Assembly: GCF_007750855.1 (NCBI RefSeq)
Contig: NZ_CP036291.1
Span: forward strand, 5,180,905-5,244,904
DNA length: 64,000 nucleotides
Source: Pirellulimonas nuda
Lineage (GTDB): Bacteria; Planctomycetota; Planctomycetia; Pirellulales; Lacipirellulaceae
Reading direction: 5' to 3'
Shown here piece after piece: positions 20,583 to 30,550 of the stretch (the stretch's first letter is position 1; each line of letters begins with the position of its first letter). The notes beneath the pieces are model-generated. The model was not told the DNA's origin and ran no database searches. It was given only the letters and a program-made list of their open reading frames with translations. The position numbers were made by a program, and so were the translations under genes.

Positions 20583-20975
20583 ATGAATGAGCCCAGCGAG
20601 CAGGTAGACCAACTGGCGTATCAAGTGGTTGGCGCTGCGATTGAAGTGCACCGCGTGCTTGGCGCGGGCTTCCTTGAGTCGGTCTACGCCAAAGCGATAG
20701 CGGTTGAATTGTTGCTGCGAGGCGTCGCTTTCGAGATCGAGCACCCGATCTCGCTACGGTACAAGGGGCAGCCAGTTGGCGACGCAAGGCTCGATTTGCT
20801 AGTGGGCGGATTGCGCATCGTTGAGCTCAAAGCAGTTGAGCGCATCATCCCGATCCATCACGCCCAAGTGATCAATTATCTTAGGGCGACCGAACTTCAG
20901 CTTGGTCTGCTCATCAATTTCAACGTATCCAAGTTGACCGACGGCATCGAACGCGTTGTTCTCACCTCACACTGA
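20583..20975 (+). CDS. GxxExxY family protein (PD-(D/E)XK nuclease-like)
   Basis: Contains GAGFLESVYAKAIAVEL, EHPISLRYKG and RLDLLVGGLRIVELKA, characteristic of the GxxExxY family. Start at the internal ATG (MNEPSEQ). Confidence 0.7.
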   Translation: MNEPSEQVDQLAYQVVGAAIEVHRVLGAGFLESVYAKAIAVELLLRGVAFEIEHPISLRYKGQPVGDARLDLLVGGLRIVELKAVERIIPIHHAQVINYLRATELQLGLLINFNVSKLTDGIERVVLTSH

Positions 20976-20992
20976 CCCGACTTCTACACGTC

Positions 20993-21021
20993 CTTGGCGC
21001 TCTTGGCGTCCTTGGCGGTTC
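20993..21021. repeat. Right 29-bp terminal inverted repeat of the GxxExxY cassette
   Basis: CTTGGCGCTCTTGGCGTCCTTGGCGGTTC is the reverse complement of 20519..20547. Confidence 0.8.
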
Positions 21022-21051
21022 CCTTCTTAGGCGTCCCTCCCCCAGCGAGCT

Positions 21052-22830
21052 ATGGCACTCATCGTTCAGAAGTTTGGCGGCACTAGTGTGGCGGATGCCG
21101 AGAAGATTCGGGCCGCGGCGGGGCGGGCTCTGCGGGTGCAGCACCAGGGCAACCAAGTGGTGATGGTGGTCTCCGCGATGGGCAAGAACACCGACATGCT
21201 GGTCGACCTGGCCCAGCAGGTGTGCGACGACCCCCCGGCACGCGAGATGGACATGCTGCTCTCGACCGGCGAGCAGGTGTCGGTCGCCCTGGTGGCGATG
21301 GCCGTGCACGACCTGGGCGGCAAGGCGGTCTCGCTCACCGGCGGTCAGATCGGCATCCGCACCGACAGCTCGCACACCAAGGCGCGGATCCAGTCGATCT
21401 CTTCCGACCGCATGCAGAAGCACCTGGACGAGGGCGCCATCGTGATCGCCGCCGGCTTCCAGGGCGCCGACGACCAGCTCAATATCACCACGCTGGGACG
21501 CGGCGGGAGCGACACCACCGCGGTGGCGCTCGCCGCGGTGCTGGGGGCGGACATCTGCGAGATCTACACCGACGTCGACGGCGTTTTCACCACCGACCCG
21601 CGGCTGGTGGCCGAGGCCCGCAAGATGACCCACGTCAGCTACGAGGAGATGTTGGAGCTGGCGAGCCTGGGCGCCGGCGTGATGCACAGCCGGAGCATCG
21701 AGTTCGGCAAGAAGTTCCGCGTGCCGATCCACGTCCGCAATAGCGCGGTGTTCACCGACACGCCGGGTTCGATCATCGGGGCGCTGCCGGAGTCGCTCGA
21801 CCGCCCGGTGAGCGGGTGCGCGCTGACCAAGAACGAGGCCCGGATCGCGGTGGCCGGCGTCCCCGACAAACCCGGCACCAGCCTGACGATCTTCGCCCAG
21901 TTGGCGGCGCTGAACGTCGCGGTCGACATGATCGTGCAGGACGTCGGCTACGAGGGGCGTGCGGACATGTCTTTCACGGTGCTGGAGGCCGACCTCAACA
22001 AGGCCCTCAAGGCGGTGCGCGAAGCGGCCGACGCGATGGGCGCCGAGGGGGTGACCTGCGAAGAGGGCCTCTCCAAGGTGTCCGTGGTGGGCCTGGGGAT
22101 GGCGACCCAGCCGGGCGTGGCCGACCGCATGTTCCGCGCCCTGGCAGAGCACGACATCAACATCGAGGCGATTACCACCAGCGACATCAAGGTCTCTTGC
22201 CTGGTGCGACGCGAGAAGGGGATCGAGGCGCTGCGTGCGGTCCACTCCGAGTTCGAGCTGGAGAAGCCCCCCGCGGACCGGGCGACTTACGATGAGACGA
22301 TCGCCGCCAGCAAGAAAGTGGACGCGAGCGCCGTGGTCAGCGAGCTCAAGGCGATGGAAGACCTCACGATCCACGGCGTAGCGCTCGACGCTACTCAGGC
22401 GCGGATCACCCTGTTCGACGTGCCGGACCACCCGGGCATCTGCGCGGACGTGTTCGAGGCGGTGGCCGCGGAGGGGATTGTCGTCGACATGATCGTGCAG
22501 GGCTTCGGCGCCGACGGGCTGACCAGCGTGTCGTTCACTGTGCCGGCCGCCAGCCACGACGCAGCAAAAGAGGTCGCCGAAGGGCTCGCCGGGCGGCTCG
22601 GGGGCGAGGTGGCCACGAAGCCGCGGATCGCGATCCTTACCGTCACCGGCATCGGCGTCCGCAGCCACACCGGGGTCGGCCTGCGGATGTTCAGGGCGCT
22701 CAGCGGGGCGGCGATCAACGTAGAGATGATCAGCACAAGCGAGGTGAAGGTGAACGTCGTGGTGGCGCCAGAACACGGCGACGCCGGCATCGAAGCGCTC
22801 AAGAGTGCGTTCTCGGACGTGCTGACCTAG
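21052..22830 (+). CDS. lysC: Aspartate kinase (long form with duplicated ACT regulatory domains)
   Basis: MALIVQKFGGTSVADAEKIRAAA... kinase core followed by repeated ACT domains, 592 aa in total. Confidence 0.85.
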   Translation: MALIVQKFGGTSVADAEKIRAAAGRALRVQHQGNQVVMVVSAMGKNTDMLVDLAQQVCDDPPAREMDMLLSTGEQVSVALVAMAVHDLGGKAVSLTGGQIGIRTDSSHTKARIQSISSDRMQKHLDEGAIVIAAGFQGADDQLNITTLGRGGSDTTAVALAAVLGADICEIYTDVDGVFTTDPRLVAEARKMTHVSYEEMLELASLGAGVMHSRSIEFGKKFRVPIHVRNSAVFTDTPGSIIGALPESLDRPVSGCALTKNEARIAVAGVPDKPGTSLTIFAQLAALNVAVDMIVQDVGYEGRADMSFTVLEADLNKALKAVREAADAMGAEGVTCEEGLSKVSVVGLGMATQPGVADRMFRALAEHDINIEAITTSDIKVSCLVRREKGIEALRAVHSEFELEKPPADRATYDETIAASKKVDASAVVSELKAMEDLTIHGVALDATQARITLFDVPDHPGICADVFEAVAAEGIVVDMIVQGFGADGLTSVSFTVPAASHDAAKEVAEGLAGRLGGEVATKPRIAILTVTGIGVRSHTGVGLRMFRALSGAAINVEMISTSEVKVNVVVAPEHGDAGIEALKSAFSDVLT

Positions 22831-22849
22831 CACGGGGAACCCGTCGCCG

Positions 22850-23629
22850 TCACTCTTGGACGACCGGCTTGGCGACCACGTGTGCTGCTAGCTCGATGTT
22901 GAGGGGGCTCTCGCTGGTGTGCCAGACGGCGGCCTTCTCGACAAACAACATGCGCCTGACGCCGCGGGCGACGCCCGTTACGGAGAGCTCGCCCGCTTGC
23001 CAGTCGGCGGGAGCGTCGAAGGTGATCTTGAGCAGGTGCTCTCCTTCAAGCGTGGTCTGCGACGATTGCTGCAGCTTAAAGAACACCCCCTTCCGACCGC
23101 CGGTGGTGCCGCTGACAACAACGGCCTCCTTGGGCGCCAGTCGCTTCCTCGTCTCGGTGGTCGCTTCCCGCGAGGTAACGCCGGTGGAGACGCCGGGCGT
23201 GATGTGTGCGATGGCGCCCGCCAGCGGCAGGTTGGCGCCCAACGAGGCGTCGAGGTGCTTCGACTTGTCGTCGGTCGACGTGGTTTCGATCGGCTCGACA
23301 AAGTCGGTCGATAGCTGGGTAGCGGGGGCGTAGTCGTAGACCGAGAGACCCGAGCCCGCCCCGCTGATCTCGATCACCACGTTGCGGACCCGGTCGGCAT
23401 CGCCACGGAAAACAACCACGGAGATGGGCAGCTCGACCTCGATCAGCCGACGCCCCGGACGGGCCGCGGTGAAGCTATCGGTGGTGACGTCGCGGCAGAA
23501 GACCTTGGGCGGGAAGTCGAACTCGACGTCCGGCGACCGACTATTCAGGTCGAGCAGGTCGCTCGCTGGCGCCGCCGGCGCCAGCGTGAGCAGCAACAGC
23601 GGAAGCAGTAGGGTTTTTGCAGCGTGCAT
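22850..23629 (-). CDS. Hypothetical secreted protein
   Basis: Signal peptide MHAAKTLLLPLLLLTLAPAAPA. No recognised domain. Confidence 0.45.
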   Translation of the reverse strand: MHAAKTLLLPLLLLTLAPAAPASDLLDLNSRSPDVEFDFPPKVFCRDVTTDSFTAARPGRRLIEVELPISVVVFRGDADRVRNVVIEISGAGSGLSVYDYAPATQLSTDFVEPIETTSTDDKSKHLDASLGANLPLAGAIAHITPGVSTGVTSREATTETRKRLAPKEAVVVSGTTGGRKGVFFKLQQSSQTTLEGEHLLKITFDAPADWQAGELSVTGVARGVRRMLFVEKAAVWHTSESPLNIELAAHVVAKPVVQE

Positions 23630-23749
23630 GGTTTCCTCCCAGCAAGTGACTGCGGTAGTTTCATCGGGCTCCTTGCCGAAGCCAGCGGCCGCAAACTACG
23701 GACCGTTCTGCGTGGCTTCTGGTTCCCGTGTTGATACGCGGCGAGTTGG

Positions 23750-24418
23750 CTAAAGGTTTGCGCCGGGCGCCGTGACAAGTTCATCCGTCCGCTGGGCGAC
23801 GTCGTTCCGCATTGCCGGCAGCAGCGTTGCTAGCTGCGGCGGGAGCGGCGGCAGGCCAACGCGCTCGCACACCTGCCCCAGGCGGAACGCGAGCCGGTCG
23901 TCGTCTGCGTAGTCCGCTAAAAAACGGACCTCCACAAAGCGAGGAATGAACTCGGCCAGCCGACCTACAGGCCTGCCGGCCATCGAGGCGACCGACGCAG
24001 CGACCAGCTCGGGGTCGACGCGCTCCACGACTCGGTAGTACCCATCGAGCAATCCCGGCGTGCGGCGGTCAAGCTCCGCGTCGAGCAGCAGCTCCACCAG
24101 CACATGCCCAAGAAACCAAGGCCGCACCCCGGAGCTGTCCGCGAACGCCTCGCGGATGCGCCGGGCGAATTCGAGGGATAACACCGCGAACGCCGGACAC
24201 TCATGGAACCAGGCGTCGTCCCAGTGGTGCTGCATGATGCCGCGAGCGAGCGAGGCGACGCGAGGATCCATGTCGCCCAGGAACGGGGCCGCGTGCTTTG
24301 AGCGGCATTTGGTGCGCCGCGCCGCGACACCCAGCCAGTCGGGGACCGCGACGCCTGCCACCAAGTAGGGGTCGGGGTCCGTCGTGAGCAGTGGGGCTGC
24401 GTGGGCGAGGTAGTTCAC
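23750..24418 (-). CDS. Acyl carrier protein phosphodiesterase-like protein (AcpH/DUF479-like)
   Basis: VNYLAH... and HHWDDAWFHE motifs resemble the AcpH N-terminus and its WDH region. Probable GTG start at 24418 inside ORF 23750..24583. Confidence 0.4.
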   Translation of the reverse strand: MNYLAHAAPLLTTDPDPYLVAGVAVPDWLGVAARRTKCRSKHAAPFLGDMDPRVASLARGIMQHHWDDAWFHECPAFAVLSLEFARRIREAFADSSGVRPWFLGHVLVELLLDAELDRRTPGLLDGYYRVVERVDPELVAASVASMAGRPVGRLAEFIPRFVEVRFLADYADDDRLAFRLGQVCERVGLPPLPPQLATLLPAMRNDVAQRTDELVTAPGANL

Positions 24419-24602
24419 AGGATCAGCATAACCAATGCCCGCGGCATCGATGCTAAGTTTCAGCCTCGACCGGCTTGAGCGCCGGACAACGCCCTCGAAG
24501 AGCCTCAGCAACCACCGAAGAGCATCGAAGACCCCGCCGCGGCCGCAGTCGATCATCTGCGAGAACGTTGTTGTAGCGTCCACTCATTGATATCCTGCCC
24601 CC

Positions 24603-25889
24603 ATGCTCACTCAAGAAGACCTCCGCATCGCCACGCTGGGCGAGCCGACCATCCCGTCGCCGATTCACCGCGGCGCCTCGGGCAAGTACGTGCCAGACAC
24701 AATGCGGGTGCTGTACGACATCGAATGCCACGAGGGCTCGGCGCCCCCCACGCTGGGATTCGAGAAGGCGGGCCCACGCGAGAAGCTGTTCTTCGATCCG
24801 GCGCGTTGCCGTGCGGCGATCGTCACCTGCGGCGGCCTTTGCCCCGGGCTCAACAACATTATCAGGAACCTCTTCTACACGCTGCACAGCACCTACGGCG
24901 TGCCTCAAGTGCTCGGCATCCGCAACGGCTTCGCGGGCCTCAACCCCGCTACAGGCCCCTCGCCGGTGTGGCTCACGAGCGACATGGTTGAGCACATCCA
25001 CCACATGGGCGGCACCATCCTTGGAACGTCGCGGGGGCCGCAGGACCCGTCCGTCATGGTGGACTTCTTGCGTTCGCATGGGGTGAACCTGCTGTTCACC
25101 ATCGGCGGCGACGGCACCCAGAGCGGCGCCCACAAGATCGCACAAGAGGCGCAGCGGCGCGGCGCCAAGATCGCGGTGGTGGGTATCCCCAAGACGATCG
25201 ACAACGACATCAAGTACTGCTACCGCACGTTTGGGTTCCTGTCGGCCATCTCCGAGGCAGAGCGGGTCATCGACCGCGCCCACGTCGAGGCAAAGAGCGT
25301 GGTGAACGGCGTCGGGCTGGTGAAGTTGATGGGGCGCGAAGCCGGTTTTATCGCCGCGGCGTCGACCATCGCTAGCGGCGAGGTAAACTTCACGCTAATC
25401 CCGGAAGTGCCGTTTGAGCTCCAGGGGCCTGGGGGATTGCTCGCGAAGCTTGAGGCCCGTCTTCGCGCGCGGCAGCACGCCGTAATCGTGGTTGCCGAGG
25501 GGGCGGGCCAGCACCTGCTTACCCAGCACTCGATACGCACCGACGCTTCGGGGAACCCGAAGCTAGGCGACATCGGCGTGTTCCTGAAAGAACAGGTCAC
25601 CGACCACTTCCGCGGCCGCGAGATCCCCGTCTCGGTCAAGTACTTTGATCCCAGCTACTACATCCGCAGCGTCCACGCGGGCGCCGCGGACAGCCTGCTG
25701 TGCGAGCAGCTCGCCCGCTACGCGGCGCACGCGGCGTTGGCGGGCAAGACCGATCTGCTCGTCAGCCTGTGGCACGAGCACACGGTCCACGTCCCGCTGG
25801 CGATCTCAACCGGGGAGGTCAAACGCCTCGACACCAGCCGCGATATGTGGAACGCGGTGCTGGCGATCACCGGTCAAGAGCGTTGGTAG
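24603..25889 (+). CDS. pfk: 6-phosphofructokinase (PfkA family, long form)
   Basis: GGLCPGLNNIIRNLF, TIGGDGTQSGA and IPKTIDNDI motifs. Confidence 0.8.
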   Translation: MLTQEDLRIATLGEPTIPSPIHRGASGKYVPDTMRVLYDIECHEGSAPPTLGFEKAGPREKLFFDPARCRAAIVTCGGLCPGLNNIIRNLFYTLHSTYGVPQVLGIRNGFAGLNPATGPSPVWLTSDMVEHIHHMGGTILGTSRGPQDPSVMVDFLRSHGVNLLFTIGGDGTQSGAHKIAQEAQRRGAKIAVVGIPKTIDNDIKYCYRTFGFLSAISEAERVIDRAHVEAKSVVNGVGLVKLMGREAGFIAAASTIASGEVNFTLIPEVPFELQGPGGLLAKLEARLRARQHAVIVVAEGAGQHLLTQHSIRTDASGNPKLGDIGVFLKEQVTDHFRGREIPVSVKYFDPSYYIRSVHAGAADSLLCEQLARYAAHAALAGKTDLLVSLWHEHTVHVPLAISTGEVKRLDTSRDMWNAVLAITGQERW

Positions 25890-28033
25890 ACGCGCGTGCC
25901 TGCGAGAAGCAGCACGCCAATGAGCACGAGGCTAGACGGCTCCGGCACGCCCGCCGACGCCAGCCCGGCGACGGCCGCATTGCCGAAGTTGGCCTTCCAT
26001 AGGGTGTAGTCGGCCTGCGTGTAGAACGTGCCAAGCCCATCACGCCAGACCGTGTAGTCCGCGGCGTCGACGAATCCACTGCCGTTGAAGTCGCCGGGGG
26101 CGAAGACGGAGAGCGTCAGCGAGGTCTCGCCGTAGCCGATCCCCCAGGTGATGCCTGCGGGGAGCGTCGCCGAGTCGAACCTCCCGCCTTCCTCGTCGTA
26201 GGTCGCAATCGTGAAGGTGTCGCCCACGCTGGGTGTGAAGCCGGCCGAGAGCAGCACCTCAAGGGCGCCGCCAAAGGCCGCCGGACCATCGATCAACAGC
26301 TCGTCATGCTGCGTGCCCGCCGTGAGGCCCGCGAGCTCAAACTGAATCTTGCCGGTTGCGGTGTTTGAGAATCGGCCCGCGATGGCCAGCGATCCAATCC
26401 CGCCGCTGGCGGCGTCGCCCGGGGCTACGAGGCCGCCTGCGTTCTCCACCTGGCCGGGGATCGGCCCGCTGCCGGTGCGGATGGCGCCTTCGCCGGTGAG
26501 CCGGCCGCCGGCGTAGATCTGCACGTACTGTGCGTCGACCACGGCGTCTGCAAGGGATAGCACTCCGCCGGCTTCCACATTGACGCCCGTGAAAGTCGTG
26601 AGCTCGGCGCCGGCGTCGAGCCGGAGCGTCATAGTCTGGCCGCCAGCGCCCCCCGAGATATTCACTTCCCAGGCGTCACGGTCGCCCGCAAGCGTGGCGA
26701 CCTGATCGCTACCCGCAACATGACGCAGGTTTGCAACTCCTAGAATGGTAGGAGACGTGGAACCGGACCAGTTCCCGCCGGTGGACCATGCGCCTGTGGC
26801 GGCCGGACTCACCCAGTTGTGCGTGGTGGTGACAGGATCGCTGATATAGACGCCGGCGCTTGCGCCGCCGCCCCCCAGCGAGGGGTTCGGATCGATCACG
26901 ATGTCACGCCCGGCAAACACGTTGGTGCCAACAATTCCTGGAACGATGTTCCCCGGGTTGGCGGGATTGGTCACGTCCAGAACCAAGACCGGCACGTTGT
27001 TTAGCACGATGCTTCCGCCGAGCGCCTGCACCGTGAACTGATCGAGGTAGAAACCAGGAACCCCTTCGCTCACGCCCCCGGAGCCGACGATCGCGATGGT
27101 GAAGTCGGGCTCGTCGAGCACAACGTCAAAGCCCAACTGCAGGGCGGTGAGCTCAGAAACCACCGTAACGCTGGCGCCGGTGTCGAAGAAGAACTGCGAG
27201 TTGGTGAGCTGCGCGCCGTTGTTGGCGAGGTTGACGTTGAGGAAGTGCCCTCCCTGCACAAACGTTGGCTGCGAGGGGTCTTCGTACGGTTTGTCTAGGT
27301 TGAAGTCACCAAGGTTCGGGAACGACAACGGGGTCGAAGGCGAGTCGCCAAGCAGGCTCATCGGCGCCTTGCGGGCAATGCCCTGGGCGTTTCCGGTGCC
27401 CAGCGGCAAGAAGTCGATCGCGGGTGTGCGGACGGTCTTGCCGTTCAGCTCGAACACCTGCGGCTGGCTGTTGCGGATGCGGGTGGCGTACTGGCTCGCG
27501 AACGATAGGCCGAGCACGTTCGGAAGGTCCGACTCCGGCGGGACGGTAATAATCGACGAGTTGGTTTGTCCCAAGTACGCCGAATTCGGGATGCTCAGTG
27601 AAGCACCGGCTCCTGTGCGATTCTGCAGCCCAGCAGCAAAGAGCCCCAACGGGTCGCCGATGCGGGCTTCCAGAAACCCAGTGGCCCCGCCGATGGTGAT
27701 CGGCTCGGTGCCGCGGTAGCCGTCCGATTCGCCGGGGTAGGGACCGCGGATGTTGAAGGCGGCATCGGACGCGGTCGTAATCAGCGAAACCGCGGCGCCG
27801 GTGTCCAGCAGCGCGATATCGGTGTGACCGCCGCCTAGGCGCGAACCGCCGCCAATGTTCGTGCTGGGAACCGGGAAGAAGTTGAGGTCGTCGTCGAACT
27901 GGTCCGTCAACCCGATCCCAACCATCGGCAAGAAGCCGTCGATAGGTACTCCGGTGGCCGCTGCCCGCGGGGCCAAGAATGAAAGCGTGATCGCCGCGCA
28001 CAGCGCGGCCCACAAAGCGTAAATCCCCTTCAA
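25874..28033 (-). CDS. PEP-CTERM-anchored secreted protein with two retropepsin-like (DTGA) aspartic protease domains and a dockerin-like repeat
   Basis: Signal peptide. ALLDTGAAVSLI and FFFDTGASVTVV motifs. DFNGSGFVDAADYTVWRD dockerin-like repeat. C-terminal VPEPSSLVLIGVLLLAGTRVYQRS PEP-CTERM sorting signal. Confidence 0.7.
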   Translation of the reverse strand: MKGIYALWAALCAAITLSFLAPRAAATGVPIDGFLPMVGIGLTDQFDDDLNFFPVPSTNIGGGSRLGGGHTDIALLDTGAAVSLITTASDAAFNIRGPYPGESDGYRGTEPITIGGATGFLEARIGDPLGLFAAGLQNRTGAGASLSIPNSAYLGQTNSSIITVPPESDLPNVLGLSFASQYATRIRNSQPQVFELNGKTVRTPAIDFLPLGTGNAQGIARKAPMSLLGDSPSTPLSFPNLGDFNLDKPYEDPSQPTFVQGGHFLNVNLANNGAQLTNSQFFFDTGASVTVVSELTALQLGFDVVLDEPDFTIAIVGSGGVSEGVPGFYLDQFTVQALGGSIVLNNVPVLVLDVTNPANPGNIVPGIVGTNVFAGRDIVIDPNPSLGGGGASAGVYISDPVTTTHNWVSPAATGAWSTGGNWSGSTSPTILGVANLRHVAGSDQVATLAGDRDAWEVNISGGAGGQTMTLRLDAGAELTTFTGVNVEAGGVLSLADAVVDAQYVQIYAGGRLTGEGAIRTGSGPIPGQVENAGGLVAPGDAASGGIGSLAIAGRFSNTATGKIQFELAGLTAGTQHDELLIDGPAAFGGALEVLLSAGFTPSVGDTFTIATYDEEGGRFDSATLPAGITWGIGYGETSLTLSVFAPGDFNGSGFVDAADYTVWRDGLGTFYTQADYTLWKANFGNAAVAGLASAGVPEPSSLVLIGVLLLAGTRVYQRS

Positions 28034-28252
28034 CCGATCGCCCCATTGGTAACTGCCGCGCGGCGTCCAGGCCTATGTGCCCAGTGCCCGATCGCCGCGG
28101 GCGCGTAAACGCTCCTGCCCAACCTCTACGCTAGGCAGTAGCTGCGAGGGTGTCAAGAATTCGGGCGAGGGGGGCGTATCACTGGTTTCTCAGTTGATTT
28201 CACCCTCCGACCGGCGGGGATACCGACGCTCTATCGTCGTTGTTGCTCCTCG

Positions 28253-29596
28253 CTATTCCCGCCCGCCCTGCTTCGCCTTCCGCCCGTCGACCGGCGGCCT
28301 ACCAATGCTGTGGTAGCAGAACCCTCGGCGTCGCATCCGCTCGCTCTCATAGAGATTGCGTCCGTCGAACACTACCGGCTGGTTCATTACGTGCAGCATC
28401 TCGGCAAAATCGGGGGAGTGGTAGTCCTTCCACTCGGTGAGGATGCAGAGCGCGTCAGCGCCTTCGAGGGCCTCCATCCGCCGGCAGTATGCGATTGCGT
28501 CGCCGAGTTCTGCGCGGACGTTGTCGATCGCCTCGGGGTCGTGGGCGCGGACCTTGGCGCCCCGCTCCAGCAGCCAGCGGATCAGCACCAGCGCCGGCGC
28601 CTCGCGGATGTCGTCCGTGCGAGGCTTGAACGCCAGACCCCAGACCGCGATCGTCTTTCCGGCGAGGTCGTCGCCGAAATGAGCGGCGAGTTTCTCGGAC
28701 AGCACGCTCTTCTGACGCTCGTTCACCTCGTCGACCGCCAGCAACATCGCAGGCGTGCAGCCGTGCTCACCGCTCATGGCGGTGAGGGCCCGCACGTCTT
28801 TCGGGAAGCAACTGCCGCCGTACCCCACGCCCGGGAACAAGAACGAGAACCCGATCCGGCTGTCGTGGCCGATGCCGCGGCGGACGTCGTTGATGTCGCC
28901 CCCCATGCGCTCACACAGGTTCGCCATCTCGTTGATGAAGCTGATCTTGGTGGCCAGCAGCGCGTTGGCGACGTACTTGGTCATCTCCGCGCTCTGCGGG
29001 CTCATCACGATAAACGGCTTCTCGGTCCGCAAGAACGGCGAGTAGAGCTGCTGAAGGATTTCGGCCACTTCCGGGCGCCGGACGCCCACCACGACGCGGT
29101 CGGGCTTCATGAAGTCCTCGATCGCGGCGCCTTCCTTTAGGAACTCAGGGTTGCTCGCCACATCGCACTCGCGCCCCGTGAACTCCTTGAGCATCGCAAA
29201 GATGCGCGCGTTCGTGCCGACCGGCACGGTGCTCTTGGTCACCACGACGGCGTCTTCACGCAGGTGGGGGGCGATGGCTTTCACCACGGACCACATCGCC
29301 GATAGGTTCGCCGAGCCGTCGTCTCCCTGGGGCGTGCCAACGGCCAAATAGATGACGTCGGCAGGCGCCACGCCCGCGGCGGTGTCGGTGGTGAAGGTCA
29401 GCCGCCCCGCCTCGGCGTTGTGCTCAACCAACTCGGCAAGGCCGGGCTCGAAGATGGGGACCTCTCCCTTCTTCAGGGCCTCGATCTTCTTCGCGTCGAT
29501 GTCGATGCAGGTCACGTCGTTGCCGGAATCGGCGAAGCAAGCGCCGGTCACAAGGCCAACGTATCCCGACCCAATTACAGCTATCTTCATGCTCAA
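28253..29596 (-). CDS. ugd: UDP-glucose 6-dehydrogenase
   Basis: [20 protein letters not shown]... with GGSCFPKD catalytic motif. Confidence 0.9.
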   Translation of the reverse strand: MSMKIAVIGSGYVGLVTGACFADSGNDVTCIDIDAKKIEALKKGEVPIFEPGLAELVEHNAEAGRLTFTTDTAAGVAPADVIYLAVGTPQGDDGSANLSAMWSVVKAIAPHLREDAVVVTKSTVPVGTNARIFAMLKEFTGRECDVASNPEFLKEGAAIEDFMKPDRVVVGVRRPEVAEILQQLYSPFLRTEKPFIVMSPQSAEMTKYVANALLATKISFINEMANLCERMGGDINDVRRGIGHDSRIGFSFLFPGVGYGGSCFPKDVRALTAMSGEHGCTPAMLLAVDEVNERQKSVLSEKLAAHFGDDLAGKTIAVWGLAFKPRTDDIREAPALVLIRWLLERGAKVRAHDPEAIDNVRAELGDAIAYCRRMEALEGADALCILTEWKDYHSPDFAEMLHVMNQPVVFDGRNLYESERMRRRGFCYHSIGRPPVDGRKAKQGGRE

Positions 29597-29736
29597 ACTT
29601 CTCTAAATAAGGCGGCTGGCGGAGCGAAGCTCCATAATAGTAGGGGCTTCGGGGCCGTCGAGGCAGCCGGTCCCAAAACGGGCGCTGCTAGGGGTCCGGA
29701 TATAACGATGGCGCCGACCGATCCAAACCGTACGCT

Positions 29737-30246
29737 CTACGGCTGCGGGTCTGCCAATACGGCTCCTAGCGCGGAGTGGAGGTCCCGACGGCTAGAGATC
29801 CCCCATTCGATGTCGAACCACAAGATCCGGCCATTCGAGTCCAACAGGTAGACCCGCGGCCAGCGGCCCGTGCCAAGCTGCGACTGCGCTTCTGCAGTGA
29901 GCGTAAACCTTTGAACGCCTGGGTCTGCCGGTTTGCCGCCGGGCCTGGCATCCAAAAGCACGGCCGCGACTCCCTTTCCGCCGAGCGGCTGGGCGACGTC
30001 GTTCGTCAGGTCCACCACAAGCTGCCGCGACATCCAGCCCGCGCCGTTAACCACCGCCACTACGGTCGCGACATCACCGGGCTTCATCGGAGCGCCGCTC
30101 ACGGCGGGGAAAACGTCGCCAACCGCGACGTTGCACATAGCGCTGTGTTGACCCGACAGCAGCACGGGGGGCATGCCGGTCGGCGCTACGGCTGACGCAC
30201 CGGCCGCCGTTAGGACTACGAAAAAGAGCAAGGTTTTAGCGGTCAT
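29737..30246 (-). CDS. Hypothetical secreted protein, possible thioredoxin-like fold without CxxC
   Basis: Signal peptide. C-terminal VYLLDSNGRILWFDIEWG resembles the TlpA/redoxin beta-strand region, but there is no CxxC motif. Confidence 0.4.
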   Translation of the reverse strand: MTAKTLLFFVVLTAAGASAVAPTGMPPVLLSGQHSAMCNVAVGDVFPAVSGAPMKPGDVATVVAVVNGAGWMSRQLVVDLTNDVAQPLGGKGVAAVLLDARPGGKPADPGVQRFTLTAEAQSQLGTGRWPRVYLLDSNGRILWFDIEWGISSRRDLHSALGAVLADPQP

Positions 30247-30550
30247 CGCGGTCGCGGCAGGGGTGCTGGGCGGTCATTGTTGGCTGTCCCGCCCGCACGG
30301 TCAACGTGCCGCCCAGCCCCGGACGAGGCGGCGGCCGCCGGAGGCTCGGCCGCTCAGAATGACAGAATCTGCCGGCATTTCTGATAGCGGCAGCGGTTGA
30401 TTGCGCACGCTGACTGCGCAAATCTTTCTGCGTTTTTGACGCCGGACCTAGGAAAAGCGATAGTTGCGGAACACTGCAACTAGCAAGATTGTCGCATCGG
30501 CGGCGAATTGCTGCTGAATCGCTGTCCAGACCCTGTGCGAGAACCCGGCA

